A DNA stretch of 64,000 bases, taken from assembly GCA_963782915.1 (NCBI GenBank), contig CAWALK010000025.1, positions 32,001 to 96,000 of the forward strand. Direction: 5' to 3'. The stretch comes from an uncultured archaeon (GTDB lineage Archaea > Thermoproteota > Bathyarchaeia > Bathyarchaeales > Bathycorpusculaceae). The notes below the pieces were generated by a model. The model did no database searches and was not told where the DNA came from. It saw only the letters and a program-made list of their open reading frames with translations. Position numbers and translations under genes: made by a program. This document shows positions 22,661 to 33,451 of this stretch, one piece after another (position 1 is the stretch's first letter; each line of letters begins with the position of its first letter).

Positions 22661-22990
22661 CTATGGGTTTTCTTTCACAGTTTGGGCTAATGTTACCTGC
22701 ATTTTTCTGTACTGAAGAACCAAATCTTTCCCAAAAGCCGTAACTTCAGAAGAACCACCGCCTTTAGCGCCGCCCCTGCTTCGTGTAACCAACGCTTGGC
22801 CGAGTCTTTCTTCCGCCAAAGTTATCCTGTGGAGTGCATAGCGGTAGGACATCTCTAAGTGTTTGGCTGCTTCCAAAACCGAGTGGTGCTCATTTATTTC
22901 TTCAAGCAGTTTAGCTATGCCGTCGCCGAAGATTGCTTCGTCTTTGTCGTTTACCATCCAGAGCTTAAATCTGAAACTTAATGGACACAT
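22661..22990 (-). CDS. modE: ModE-family winged-helix regulator (DNA-binding domain only)
   Basis: IFGDGIAKLL..SV..AAK.L.MSYRYA..RGGAKGGGS.VT.FG. Confidence 0.88.
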   Translation of the reverse strand: MCPLSFRFKLWMVNDKDEAIFGDGIAKLLEEINEHHSVLEAAKHLEMSYRYALHRITLAEERLGQALVTRSRGGAKGGGSSEVTAFGKDLVLQYRKMQVTLAQTVKENP

Positions 22991-23166
22991 GTCGCTTGCC
23001 CTGCTTTATTTTGGTGTTTGTGGACTTAAGCTTATGCTTCCAAAGCCCAATTTTGTGTTAGGAGCGCATTTTTGGGGGGTTGTTGTAGTCAGTTGTAGCT
23101 AGCAAGGCTTTTATAGCATATATATTGTATATACGATTAATATTATCAGGTTAGCTGTTAGCCGAG

Positions 23167-24052
23167 ATGAACATAAAAGTGCCAGAAACCAGCATGCAAA
23201 ATAACCAAGTTGTAGAAAAAAAAGTACTCAATTCTGTAACCAAAAAAATAACCATTTATGCTCCGGATATTGCAGCAAAAGCCCACCCCGGCCAATTCGT
23301 AATCTTCAAAATCCGCTCAGACAGCGAACGAATACCACTAACCTTATCCTCATGGGATAAAGAAAAAGGCACAATCTCACATATTTTCCAAGAAGTAGGA
23401 TACTCAACCATCGAAATGGGTTCCCTCCATGTCGACGACAAAATCATGCACGTCGCCGGCCCACTGGGCAACCCCAGCGAAATCAAAAATTTCGGCACCG
23501 CAGCAGTCATCTGCGGAGGCCTAGGCACAGCAGTAGCTTACCCCGTAGCTAAAGCACTCAAAGAAGCCGGAAACAAAGTTGTCTCCATAATGGGCGCAAG
23601 AAGCGCAGAACTCTTCATATTAGAAGATGAAATGAAAGCCGTATCAGACGAAGTCTTTCTTCACCTCCGACGACGGCACAAAAGGACAAAAAGGCTTCGT
23701 CAGCGACGTCTTAAAATCACTTCTCGCAAAAAACACCAAAATCGACATAGTCTTTGCCATAGGGCCCCCGATTATGATGAGTGTAATCGCCGACATCACC
23801 CGACCCTACGGAATCAAAACCATCGCCAACCTCAACCCCATCATGGTAGACGGCATGGGCATGTGCGGTGCCTGCCGAGTCTCAATAGATGGCAAAACAC
23901 AATTTGCCTGCGTAGACGGCCCCGAATTTGACGCTCACAAAGTCAACTTCAAAGAGTTAATGCAGCGGCTCAAAAGCTACTGCACCGAAGAAAAAAACCT
24001 ATCCCTATCTATCCAGAAACCAGGAGAAAGTTGTCAATGTCACGGACACTAA
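23167..24052 (+). CDS. sudB: Sulfide dehydrogenase/Nfn small subunit (frameshift near 23655)
   Basis: PGQFV, ERIPLT, GPLG, GGLG, MVDGMGMCGACRV, ACVDGPEFD. Confidence 0.9.
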
Positions 24053-25455
24053 ACAACACCGCAACCAATAACCGCTTTACAGCGGTCGAAGTTCCAAAGC
24101 AAGAACCATTTGCACGAACAAAAAACTTCAAAGAAGTCGTTTTAGGCTACACAGAAGAACAAGCATTAACCGAAGCCTCCAGATGCCTAAACTGCGCCGA
24201 ACCAAAATGCGTTGAAGGCTGCCCCGTCGCAGTACCCATCCCCACATTTATCAAACTCATAAAACAGAACGATTACAGCGCCGCCATTAACAAAATCAAA
24301 GAACGCAACAGTTTACCCGCCATCTGCGGCCGCGTTTGCCCACAAGAAGAACAATGCCAAAAAAACTGTATCATAGGCAAAAAAGGTGACCCAGTCTCTA
24401 TCGGCAGACTCGAACGATTCGTCGCGGATTTGGAACGCGAAAGAGGCATCAATGTACCAGCAGTTCCGGCGTCTAATGGCAAAAAAGTCGCCATCGTCGG
24501 CGCAGGCCCAGCCGGCTTAACCGTCGCAGCAGACCTCGCAAAACAAGGCTACCAAGTTACCATTTTTGAAGCGCTTCACAAAGGCGGCGGCGTCCTAGTC
24601 TATGGCATCCCGGAATTCCGCTTACCAAAACAGATTGTACAAGCAGAAATTGATTATATCACAAAATTAGGCGTCAAATTCCAACCTGACTTCTTAATCG
24701 GCAGAATATTCACAATCGATGAATTAATCTCCAAAGGCTACGAAGCCGTCTTCATAGGAACAGGCGCTGGCTTACCAAAATTCCTCGATGTTCCAGGAGA
24801 AAACCTCAACAGAATATACTCCGCCAACGAATTCCTAATACGCGTCAATTTAATGAAAGCTTACTCTTTCCCACAATCAAAAACCCCCATCCGCGTCGGC
24901 AAAAGAGTCGCAGTAATAGGCGGCGGTAACGTTGCGCTGGACTCCGCACGGTGCGCATTACGTTTAGGCGCCGAAAACGTTACAATATTCTATCGACGCA
25001 CAAGAAACGAAATGCCTGCACGTGAAGAAGAAATTTCCAACGCCGAAGAAGAAGGCATCTACTTCAAATACCTAAGCACACCCATCAAATTCATCGGCGA
25101 CGAACAAGGCAACGTCAAAGCCATGGAGACAATCTCTATGAGGCTCTGCGATGCAGATGATTCCGGAAAACACCGAGTCTCCCCCATCGAAGGCTCAGAA
25201 GTAACCATGGATGTGGACACTGTCATCGTTGCTATAGGACGCACACCCAACCCCATTATTCAGGGCACAACTCCCGGGTTGAAAACTTTGAAGGGCGGCA
25301 TAATCGCCAGTGACGAATCATTCAAAACCAGCTTAGAAGGCGTCTATGTTGGCGGAGACATAGCAACCGGCGAAGCCACAGTCATCAGCGCCATGGGCTC
25401 AGGCAAAGTCGCAGCTAAAAGCATACACGCATACCTCTCAAAACCCAAAGAATAA
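24037..25455 (+). CDS. sudA: Sulfide dehydrogenase/Nfn large subunit (GltD-like)
   Basis: EASRCLNC, CGRVCPQE.QC, GAGPAG, YGIPEFRLP, GGGNVA.D. Confidence 0.92.
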   Translation: MSRTLNNTATNNRFTAVEVPKQEPFARTKNFKEVVLGYTEEQALTEASRCLNCAEPKCVEGCPVAVPIPTFIKLIKQNDYSAAINKIKERNSLPAICGRVCPQEEQCQKNCIIGKKGDPVSIGRLERFVADLERERGINVPAVPASNGKKVAIVGAGPAGLTVAADLAKQGYQVTIFEALHKGGGVLVYGIPEFRLPKQIVQAEIDYITKLGVKFQPDFLIGRIFTIDELISKGYEAVFIGTGAGLPKFLDVPGENLNRIYSANEFLIRVNLMKAYSFPQSKTPIRVGKRVAVIGGGNVALDSARCALRLGAENVTIFYRRTRNEMPAREEEISNAEEEGIYFKYLSTPIKFIGDEQGNVKAMETISMRLCDADDSGKHRVSPIEGSEVTMDVDTVIVAIGRTPNPIIQGTTPGLKTLKGGIIASDESFKTSLEGVYVGGDIATGEATVISAMGSGKVAAKSIHAYLSKPKE

Positions 25456-25481
25456 AGAAAACGCCATTAAAGGCGTAATTT

Positions 25482-26526
25482 CTATCTTTCATACTCATAT
25501 TCTAGTTCAGGGGAAGCCATCTTAAACGCACGGTTCACAGCGATTTCTGCAATGCTAAAAGTGCAATGACTGAATTCGTTTTATGTTGTCGCGGATGGAG
25601 CAGATGCCGCATACCAATTCCGCGCTTTTCTGGGCACCCGTAAACGCTTTAGAGGTGATTTCCACGTCGAGTTTTTCGAGTTTCTGGCGATGCTTCATTA
25701 TCCCCACTGCGGCGTTAACGTCTTTGGAGAAAAACGCCTGTACCGATTTTACATAGAGGTCCGCTACTTCTGTGCCGGCACTGATCATTAGCGCCAATAC
25801 GTCGTCGGGTATGGTTAGTTTTTCGCCGTTGAGCATTATTATGTGCCGTGTGATTTCGGCGGCGTAGTCGGAGGCATGTTCCATGCGGGAAACCAGCATA
25901 TGATGATCCATGCAATCCAACGGGTCAACATGCAATTCATTAGCTAAATGCGGGTCTTGGGCAGCGTTGCGCAGCATTCGGATGATGAAGAATGCAAAAT
26001 GATCAACGTCGTCGTCAAGGGAATACGAAGATTTAGCCAACGCAACATCGTTGTTTTTTAATGCGGTGAAGGCGCCTTCGCACATTGAACGCGAAATAAG
26101 GTGCATGCGTTGAACCGCTTGCTCAAGTGAAGCTTTGGATTCATCCATTAAGCTTTGGATATAGACGCATTTTGGTTCTGCCTCCATAACTCGCATGTAA
26201 AGCCGCCCGGCCATGTTGCGGATGGCTTTTGTTTGGGGAACCGTGAAAATGTTTTCGGATGAGAGCATGATTCCCGTGTACCCGTTTAGGTAGGCGCCTA
26301 ACACTTTTTGTGTTATTAGGATTTCTTCCTCGTTTTGCCCTACGCTGAGCGTTATTTCTTTCATTTCCGATTTTTTGAGGGTGCTGGGGTATATGACTAG
26401 TGAGCGGTCCCGTTGGATGGTAAAGGAGACGGTTTCGCCTTTTTTGAGGTCGTTTAGTTGCATCCACTCTTTTGGCAAAGAAATTACCAGCGATGATTTG
26501 CCCAGAGACATAATTTTTCTTTCCAT
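25482..26526 (-). CDS. AbrB-PhoU phosphate uptake regulator (frameshift near 25570)
   Basis: RKIMSLGKSSLVISLPKEW AbrB domain followed by PhoU repeats (DDDVD, EHASDY). Confidence 0.88.
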
Positions 26527-26631
26527 GCTACCCCACAATCCTCAGATATTAACTGTTAATACATCTATTACACTGAGAAATTAAATATATATTATTCTCT
26601 AAAAAACACACTTGCGGGCAGCTTTTTGTGT

Positions 26632-28252
26632 TTAGTGTCCTCTAAACTTCAAAAAGTAAACTGCGCCACCAACCGCCAAAGCAACAACCAACCCAATAAC
26701 AATAAACATCTGATACTTCACATAAATCGGCGGCTCATTTACAGTAAAAATCAACTGATCCCCATCACATCCCCAAGCCGTCTTAGATTCAAGCGAACTA
26801 GCCGCAATAGCCCACTCCCCCAAACCTGCAGGCGCAAAATTCGCTGTAAAAGTTCCATTCGCCGCCACTTCACACGTCAGGCTTTCGGTTGCGTTGGCGC
26901 TGAAAAATTGAAGTGAAATTCTAGAATAATTATCGTTAGGTGATAGGGTTCCGGTGATGGTGAGGTTTTGGCCCAATAATACTGTATCTTTAAGCAGGTA
27001 TATGTCGAGTGTCGGTTGTGTTTTAACGGAGTAAGTGTCTGTGGTTTCTAAATGATTCTTTATCACATCGTCAGCTGACACTCTATACTGCACTGTAGCG
27101 CCGGCTTTTTGGCCCGGTATGGTTGCGTTGCAGGTTCGATTGCTAACAATCATCGGGATCAACTCCACAGTTGCCCAATCATCAACTGAATAGGTTAGGT
27201 TGGCTTTTTCAAGTGCTGGACCGCTGGCTTTATACACGATTTTTACGGGGGCATTAGGGAGAACTCTGCTTGCTGTGCCTACTTGCGATAATGTGCTGTT
27301 GGAAAAATCCGTTTTCATCATGAATTCAACGTTGCCTGACCCTTCCTCGCCGATGAATACTAAATGATAGAGGTTCAACCCAGTATTGGCTGAGGTGTAG
27401 TTGAGGAACATGTCTTGTCCCTTGTTTTCACAGCTTGCATAGGTTACGCCTCTGTAGCCTTCAGTTTCAAAGTTGTAACCGCCCACAACGCCGCTTACGT
27501 TGCCATATAAACCTGATTCCACTGGAAGCGGAAAACCGTTTATGCTGGGCGAGTTTTGGTTATTCATAAGGTAGAGCCTAGCTTCATACATGTCAAGGGT
27601 GTCTGGAATTTTAAGGTAAACCTCCAATTTGGATTCGTTAGTTACAAATTCAAACGCTGACGTGGTATGGAGCAGCGATGCGCTGTCCTCTGCCTTGCCC
27701 TCGACAGGTGCAGTGTACCATTTGTTGCATTCCAAATTCTCAATAATCATAAAGGTTGCTTGCTGATCCCCCGCGCTTTCGCGGGCATCATTCTTAATTA
27801 TGAACGTATAGTTGCCCGTTTGTTTTGGCGTAAATAGGTTATCGTTATCTTGTGAGCTTAAATGTTCGGGATAACCTGCTGCTTCCGTATGTGAACTCAC
27901 GGAGTTTCCTGCAGGATCAGAAACATAGATGTCATAATCTGTTTTTGCAGTTGAAGATGTGCTTACCCAGGAGCCGTAGCAGTAAATGTGGTAGTTGTGG
28001 TTGGCTTCTAGGGGGCAGGTTATTGTCCAGCTTTGGCCGACTTGTATCTGTGCATTGTTTATGGTCAGGGGGAAGATCGGTTTGTCGATGTAGGTGATGT
28101 TTTCTCCGGGGGGTGAATGGACGAATTGTTGGTATTCTGTGGTACTTGTTAATTGTAGGCCGGTTGTTTGGGCTATTATGAAGGGGCTTATGGTTAGGAG
28201 TAGTATTACTATTATTGGTGCTGTGGTTTTGTGGGTGGTGGTTGGTGTGCAT
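26632..28252 (-). CDS. Large secreted Ig-like protein with C-terminal TM anchor (frameshifted)
   Basis: 422-aa main frame with beta-rich domains and C-terminal hydrophobic helix; N-terminal part lies in other frames. Confidence 0.7.
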
Positions 28253-28598
28253 GCTATAGCCTGGTCTGGTTTGGTGTTATAGTGTGTGTAGGGTGGATTA
28301 ACGGTTATGAAGGCTGAATCTGTATTTTGGAGCTGCCTTTTTTGTGGGTATGGTGAAGGGTTGTTTGTTGGGAAAACTTGGTTTGTTTTTTGGCACTGAA
28401 GTTTGCTGTAGGGTTTATTGTTGATTCAGATTCAAGAGTTGGTTTTCAAAGTAGTATATTGTGTATTAAATCATGCTACAGAAGATATTTATAAGAAAAA
28501 CACCCACTTGTGTTTTCAAGTGAAAGTAACATGACAAACCCACACATAAAAAATCAAGCTAAAAAAATAACCCGCCAACAGACGGAGGTGAACTGAGA

Positions 28599-29213
28599 AT
28601 GAACTATAACACATACCGACGCTTCATGAAAAACAAGTACGCACTTAGCACCGTCGTAACAACCCTAATTATCCTCGTAATTTCCGTGCTGTTGGCAAGC
28701 GTAGTAACCTACTTCGCCATCAACGTCGTAAGCACACGTGTCCAAGAAGAAAGCTTACACCTAACCAAACAGCACCTATGGCACAACGCAGCCGCAGCCG
28801 CCGGAGACGCAAACTACTCCATCGCTTCACTCATGGTCATCAACACCGGCGGTCGAGACATAGTCATCGACAAACTCGCAGTCAGAGGACAAGAAAGCCC
28901 CTGGAATGACCAAACAAACACAAAATTCGTCCTATACACCATCACCACAAACCCAATCGCCAACGACCTACCATTCGTCGCAAACTTCACCGCAGACGAC
29001 AACAACGAACTATCCTTCGGAGGACAAGATTACGACTTTAGCCTCGCAGTAAACGACCTCGTCTTACCATCAGGATACACCATGGTCCTCTACATCATCA
29101 ACCCAGACTCAATCACCATCAACGACATCGGCCTAACCGTATCAATCACACTCTACACAGCACAAGCAATGTACTACCGTGAAGCAAACGTGCAAGCATA
29201 CTGCCCAGTTTAA
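28599..29213 (+). CDS. Type IV pilin/archaellin-like protein, copy 1 (most divergent)
   Basis: SD GGAGGTGA; class III signal KNKYA-LSTVVTTLIILVISVLLA; INTGGRD. Confidence 0.88.
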   Translation: MNYNTYRRFMKNKYALSTVVTTLIILVISVLLASVVTYFAINVVSTRVQEESLHLTKQHLWHNAAAAAGDANYSIASLMVINTGGRDIVIDKLAVRGQESPWNDQTNTKFVLYTITTNPIANDLPFVANFTADDNNELSFGGQDYDFSLAVNDLVLPSGYTMVLYIINPDSITINDIGLTVSITLYTAQAMYYREANVQAYCPV

Positions 29214-29352
29214 ACCTAAAAGAGATTTTTCTCTCTTTATCTTTAACTTTTTTAATCAATTCTAACATAGCAAGCGTGTAGTGAATTTTTTTTACACACA
29301 AGCCCACATATCCCAAAAAAAGTGTAAGAGTTTCCTTAAGTGAAAAATAAAA

Positions 29353-29971
29353 ATGCGAAATATATTGAAGAATCGTTTGGCTCTAAGTACAGTCGTTACA
29401 ACACTAATTATCCTAGTTGTTTCAGTGCTTCTCGCAGGCGTCGTCACATACTTTGCAATCAACGTTACCAGCACACGTGTGCAAGAAGAAAGCTTGCATT
29501 TAACCAAACAACATGTTTGGTACCAAGCGACTGGTACTGCAGCAATCTGTTGCAGCTCATCATGATCATTAACACTGGTGGTCGAGATGTCGTCATCGAC
29601 AAATTGACTGTTAGAGGCCAGGAAGTTGCATGGAACGGTACTACACAAAAAGTCTTCTTATGCAATCACTACTGACTCCATATCAAGCTGACCTTACATT
29701 CCACACCGCTAGCACAATTGCCAATGCTGATCCAGTTGACCTACAAGATGACTTGACAGAACTCTCGGGAGCTACAGACCTAGGCGGAGCCGCAAATGAC
29801 TTAACATTGCCCTCAGGTCAAACCATGATCATCTACATCACAAGCCCTGACAGCGTTACCATCAACGACATTGGCTTAACAGTTGCAATCACTGTGTTCA
29901 CATCACAGGCAATGTACTACAAAGAGACAAACGTTCAAGCATACGTACAGAGCATAATAAATTCAGAGTGA
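29353..29971 (+). CDS. Type IV pilin-like protein, copy 2 (frameshifted)
   Basis: KNRLA-LSTVVTTLII; C-terminal PDSVTINDIGLTV..QAMYYKETNV. Confidence 0.85.
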
Positions 29972-30018
29972 TTAGACCCCCCACAAAGTCTATTCCCTCC
30001 CCCATTCTTCTTTCTTTT
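29960..30018 (+). terminator. Conserved pilin 3' element (hairpin plus pyrimidine tract); further copies at 30770-30826 and 31557-31617
   Basis: AATTCAGAGTGAT-TAGAC-CCCCCACAAA-GTCTA-TTCCCTCCCCC..TCTTCTTTCTTTT. Confidence 0.75.
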
Positions 30019-30102
30019 AAAAGTTCAAAAATTTCTAGAAAACTTTGCCATTAATTGATTGGCTATGCTGACCTGCACTGTTCTTGGCAAAAGGCAAGTA
30101 TC

Positions 30103-30118
30103 TGTAATTTTTTTTACA
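30103..30118. promoter_or_regulatory. Pilin upstream motif TGTAA-T6-TTACA; also 30893-30908, variants at 29281-29296 and 32084-32099
   Basis: Same motif at similar distance upstream of three pilins and of the assembly operon. Confidence 0.6.
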
Positions 30119-30170
30119 CACACAATAACATATTCAGTATATGAGTATTGATACTTTAAGTGAAAATAAA

Positions 30171-30763
30171 ATGCGAAATATACTGAAGAATCGTTTGGCT
30201 CTAAGTACAGTCGTTACAACCCTAATTATTCTCGTCGTTTCAGTGCTTCTCGCAGGTGTCGTCACATACTTTGCAATCAACGTTACAAGCACACGCGTCC
30301 AAGAAGAAAGCTTACACTTAACCAAGCAACATGTATGGTATAATGCGGCTGACGGCGGTGTCTCAGTTGCAGCTATTATGATCATTAACACTGGTGGCCG
30401 TGATGTCGTTATCGACAAATTAGCCGTCCGAGGCCAAGAAGTCGCATGGGCAGGGAACCAAAAAGTCTACTACGTCAATACTACAACCGATACCATATCT
30501 CAGCTGACCTATCCTACGTAGCCAAGCGTCAGCAGGCAAAGACTAGCACAGAACATTAGGTTTAGAGGCAACACCATCGGCAACTTAGATGCAACTACAA
30601 CTGATCTTACTTTGCCCTCAGGTGAAACCATGATCAGTCTACATTACAAGCCCTGACAGCATCACCATCAACGACATTGGCTTAACAGTTGCAATCACTG
30701 TCTTCACATCACAAGCAATGTACTATAAAGAGACAAACGTCCAAGCATACGTTAGTAAAATAA
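30171..30763 (+). CDS. Type IV pilin-like protein, copy 3 (frameshifted; end approximate)
   Basis: Near-identical 5' and 3' segments to copy 2. Confidence 0.85.
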
Positions 30764-30960
30764 ATGATAAATTCAGAGTGATTAGACCCCCCACAAGTCT
30801 ATCCCTCCCCCACTCTTCTTTCTTTTGAAATAAACTCTTGATATCCGAAATTTATCGTTCTATCAATATACTACTATTAAACAACTGTTATCTGTAATTT
30901 TTTTTACACACACAATATCATATCCATAACAGTCGTATTGTACTTTTAAGTGAAAAATAA

Positions 30961-31551
30961 ATGAGAAATATACTGAAGAAATCGTTTGGCTCTAAGTACA
31001 GTCGTTACAACCCTGATTATTCTCGTCGTTTCAGTGCTTCTCGCAGGTGTCGTCACATACTTTGCAATCAACGTTACAAGCACACGCGTTCAAGAAGAAA
31101 GCCTACACCTAACCAAACAACATGTATGGTACAGTGCGGGCAACAGGCATTACACAATTGCAGCAATTATGATCATTAACACTGGCGGTCAGAGACGTAG
31201 TTATAGACAAATTGACAGTCCGCGGCCAAGAAGTTGATTGGGACGGAACATCACAAAAAGTCTCCTATGTAATAACTGACAAATCAATATCAAATGACCT
31301 CGAATTCGTAGCCTCAGACCAATCTCAACCCATGACGTTGATGACGTTCTAGGCGTTGACGTTGCATGCTCTAAACAGCTGCAACCACTGACCTCACATT
31401 GCCATCTGGCATGAACCGCATGATAATCTACATCACAAGCCCAGACAGCGTCACTATCAACGACATTGGCTTAACAGTTGCAGTCACTGTCTTCACATCA
31501 CAAGCAATGTACTATAAAGAGACAAACGTAGAAGCAAACCTATCATCATAA
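30961..31551 (+). CDS. Type IV pilin-like protein, copy 4 (frameshifted)
   Basis: Near-identical 5' and 3' segments to copies 2 and 3. Confidence 0.85.
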
Positions 31552-32168
31552 AATGCAAATTTAGAGTGATTAGACCCCCCACAAAGTCTATTCCCTCCCC
31601 CCACTCTTCTTTCTTTTAAAAACCTCAATCTTACAGGTTAAGCGCTTTGGCTATCCTTAATCATTACAATTTCTATGTTGACAAAATTTAATCGCAAGCT
31701 GTATCAACGCAGCACTTTTGCTGTTCTGCTTGTAGTTTACTCCTCAACCAGCCTGCAACCAGCCAGACTAAAAACGCCAGAAACCAAAGGACGACAGGCA
31801 TCGCCATACTTCCATACAGACCCCTGGTTGTAGTTGAGTATAGGGGCTCTCTCGCAACAACACCTAGAAATCATGCATTCAATCAGATTTTAACTGATAT
31901 AAGGAGGTTCGCCTAGCAGAGCAACTAACGCTACCGATATGAGCTTTCTATCTGCGCGGTCTCACTTGCAAGCGCTAAAGCCAACCAATCGCTCCACTGG
32001 TTGTTGTTGAAATAAGAGGGGCCCACAGCAACAACTAACAAACAAAAAACAGTCCCGATTGTTAATCGCCAATCCAGATTATCTGTCAATTGTTTTACGC
32101 ACAAGTCTTAATCCCTTTTCAGAGGCACTCTACTAACTAAACCGTTAACATGCAAAGAGGATACCCCA

Positions 32169-32999
32169 TTGAGAAAAAGTCAACAAATACTCAGAAAGCT
32201 TTGGCGATCAAAATATGCCATAGCTTTGCCTGTGACTTTTCTCATCCTCTTCGTATCCACACTTGGCATCGTCGCCGTCACCTATTACTTCTCAGTTGAA
32301 CGCATCGGCGCACAAGGCACCACACTCAAAGTTTCCACCGCAAAACAAAACCTCCTCGCCCTAGACGACGCCGTTGTTTCGACGCTTTGGCAACCCGGCT
32401 CATGCAGTACCTACGAGTTGAAGGATTCAGGCGGCAAACTCAACATTGAACCCCAAAACAACACCCTAACCGTAAGCATCAACGCCACCAGAAATCCAAG
32501 ACACCCTCTACAACTCAACAGTCGGCAAAGTAGTCTACGAATTACCCTACTCAAGTTCATCACAGACAGGTCTCTACCTTAAAGGCGACGGCAGAACCAT
32601 AGCCAACCAAAGCGGCCAATCCATGAGCCAAATCTGCATCGAAGACGGCGAAGAGCACCCGGAGATTCAGATGCGTTATCGGCCAAGCGTAACTTATGCA
32701 GCCGCTGGGTTAGAGAACGGTAAAACAGTTAACAACATCCGCCTCTACATTGCCAACCTCAACACCTCAGATGCGCTCTCGCTGTATGGCATGTTGCCTC
32801 TCCAAGTGTCCTGCAAAACAACCCAGCTAACCACACACACCTACACTGTATCCTCAGATGTCCAGAGTCTATTGGTCACAGCGGTTTTGGATGGCTCAAC
32901 CGGAAGCGTATCCATCCCAATTTCAAGTACCGCCCAGGGCGCAGTAATCCATTGGAAACAGTCATCTGTAACGTAGCAATCGAGAGGTGGATCCGTTAA
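32169..32999 (+). CDS. Minor pilin-like protein (frameshifted)
   Basis: RSKYA-IALPVTFLILFV class III-like signal. Confidence 0.7.
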
Positions 33000-33444
33000 G
33001 TGCCCTCCATTATTCCGAGCTATGTCTACTCGATTTTCGCCGCGATAATTGTAGGCACAATCGTAGTGTACAGCTGCAGCGTTGCAACAGCAAACATGCG
33101 CTCAGACGCTAATAACCAGCAACTCATGCAACATCGAACAGTACGTTGCTGCACAGGGTCTAACATTGCTATCCCAGACCACCCAGGACAACATGAACAC
33201 CACACAATACCTGGATATTCCCTCCCAGATTGGAAACCAAAGATTCACCATATGCATAGCAAACGATTCGCAGAGCGCCTGGGTAGAATCCGGTTTCGGA
33301 GTCAACATAACCTCCCCTGATATGCATGTTGGGTTGCCTGCGAAGGTTGCAGCGTCAGGCAGCTTTGTAAGCGGTTCAGGAAGACCCCTGCTTCAATGCC
33401 ACTACGAGAACCAAATTGCAACATTAACATTAACACAAGAGTGA
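33000..33444 (+). CDS. Pilus accessory protein (frameshift near 33125)
   Basis: N-terminal hydrophobic helix; translational coupling within operon. Confidence 0.65.
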
Positions 33445-33451
33445 GTATGAA

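Noticed and set aside
23112-23137. Fourth ModE-type site upstream of sudB
   Set aside because: Only the right half (TATATACGAT) fits and there is no CG at the 24-bp spacing; probably the TATA region
27471-27484. Extra copy of the cassette repeat core (GTTGTAACCGCCC)
   Set aside because: Short imperfect match inside a coding region (GGYN codons); chance
28599-31551. Diversity-generating retroelement acting on pilins
   Set aside because: No reverse transcriptase in the window, and the differences include indels and are not adenine-specific
31935-31958. ModE-type site near the pilus operon
   Set aside because: Half-site CGATATGA only
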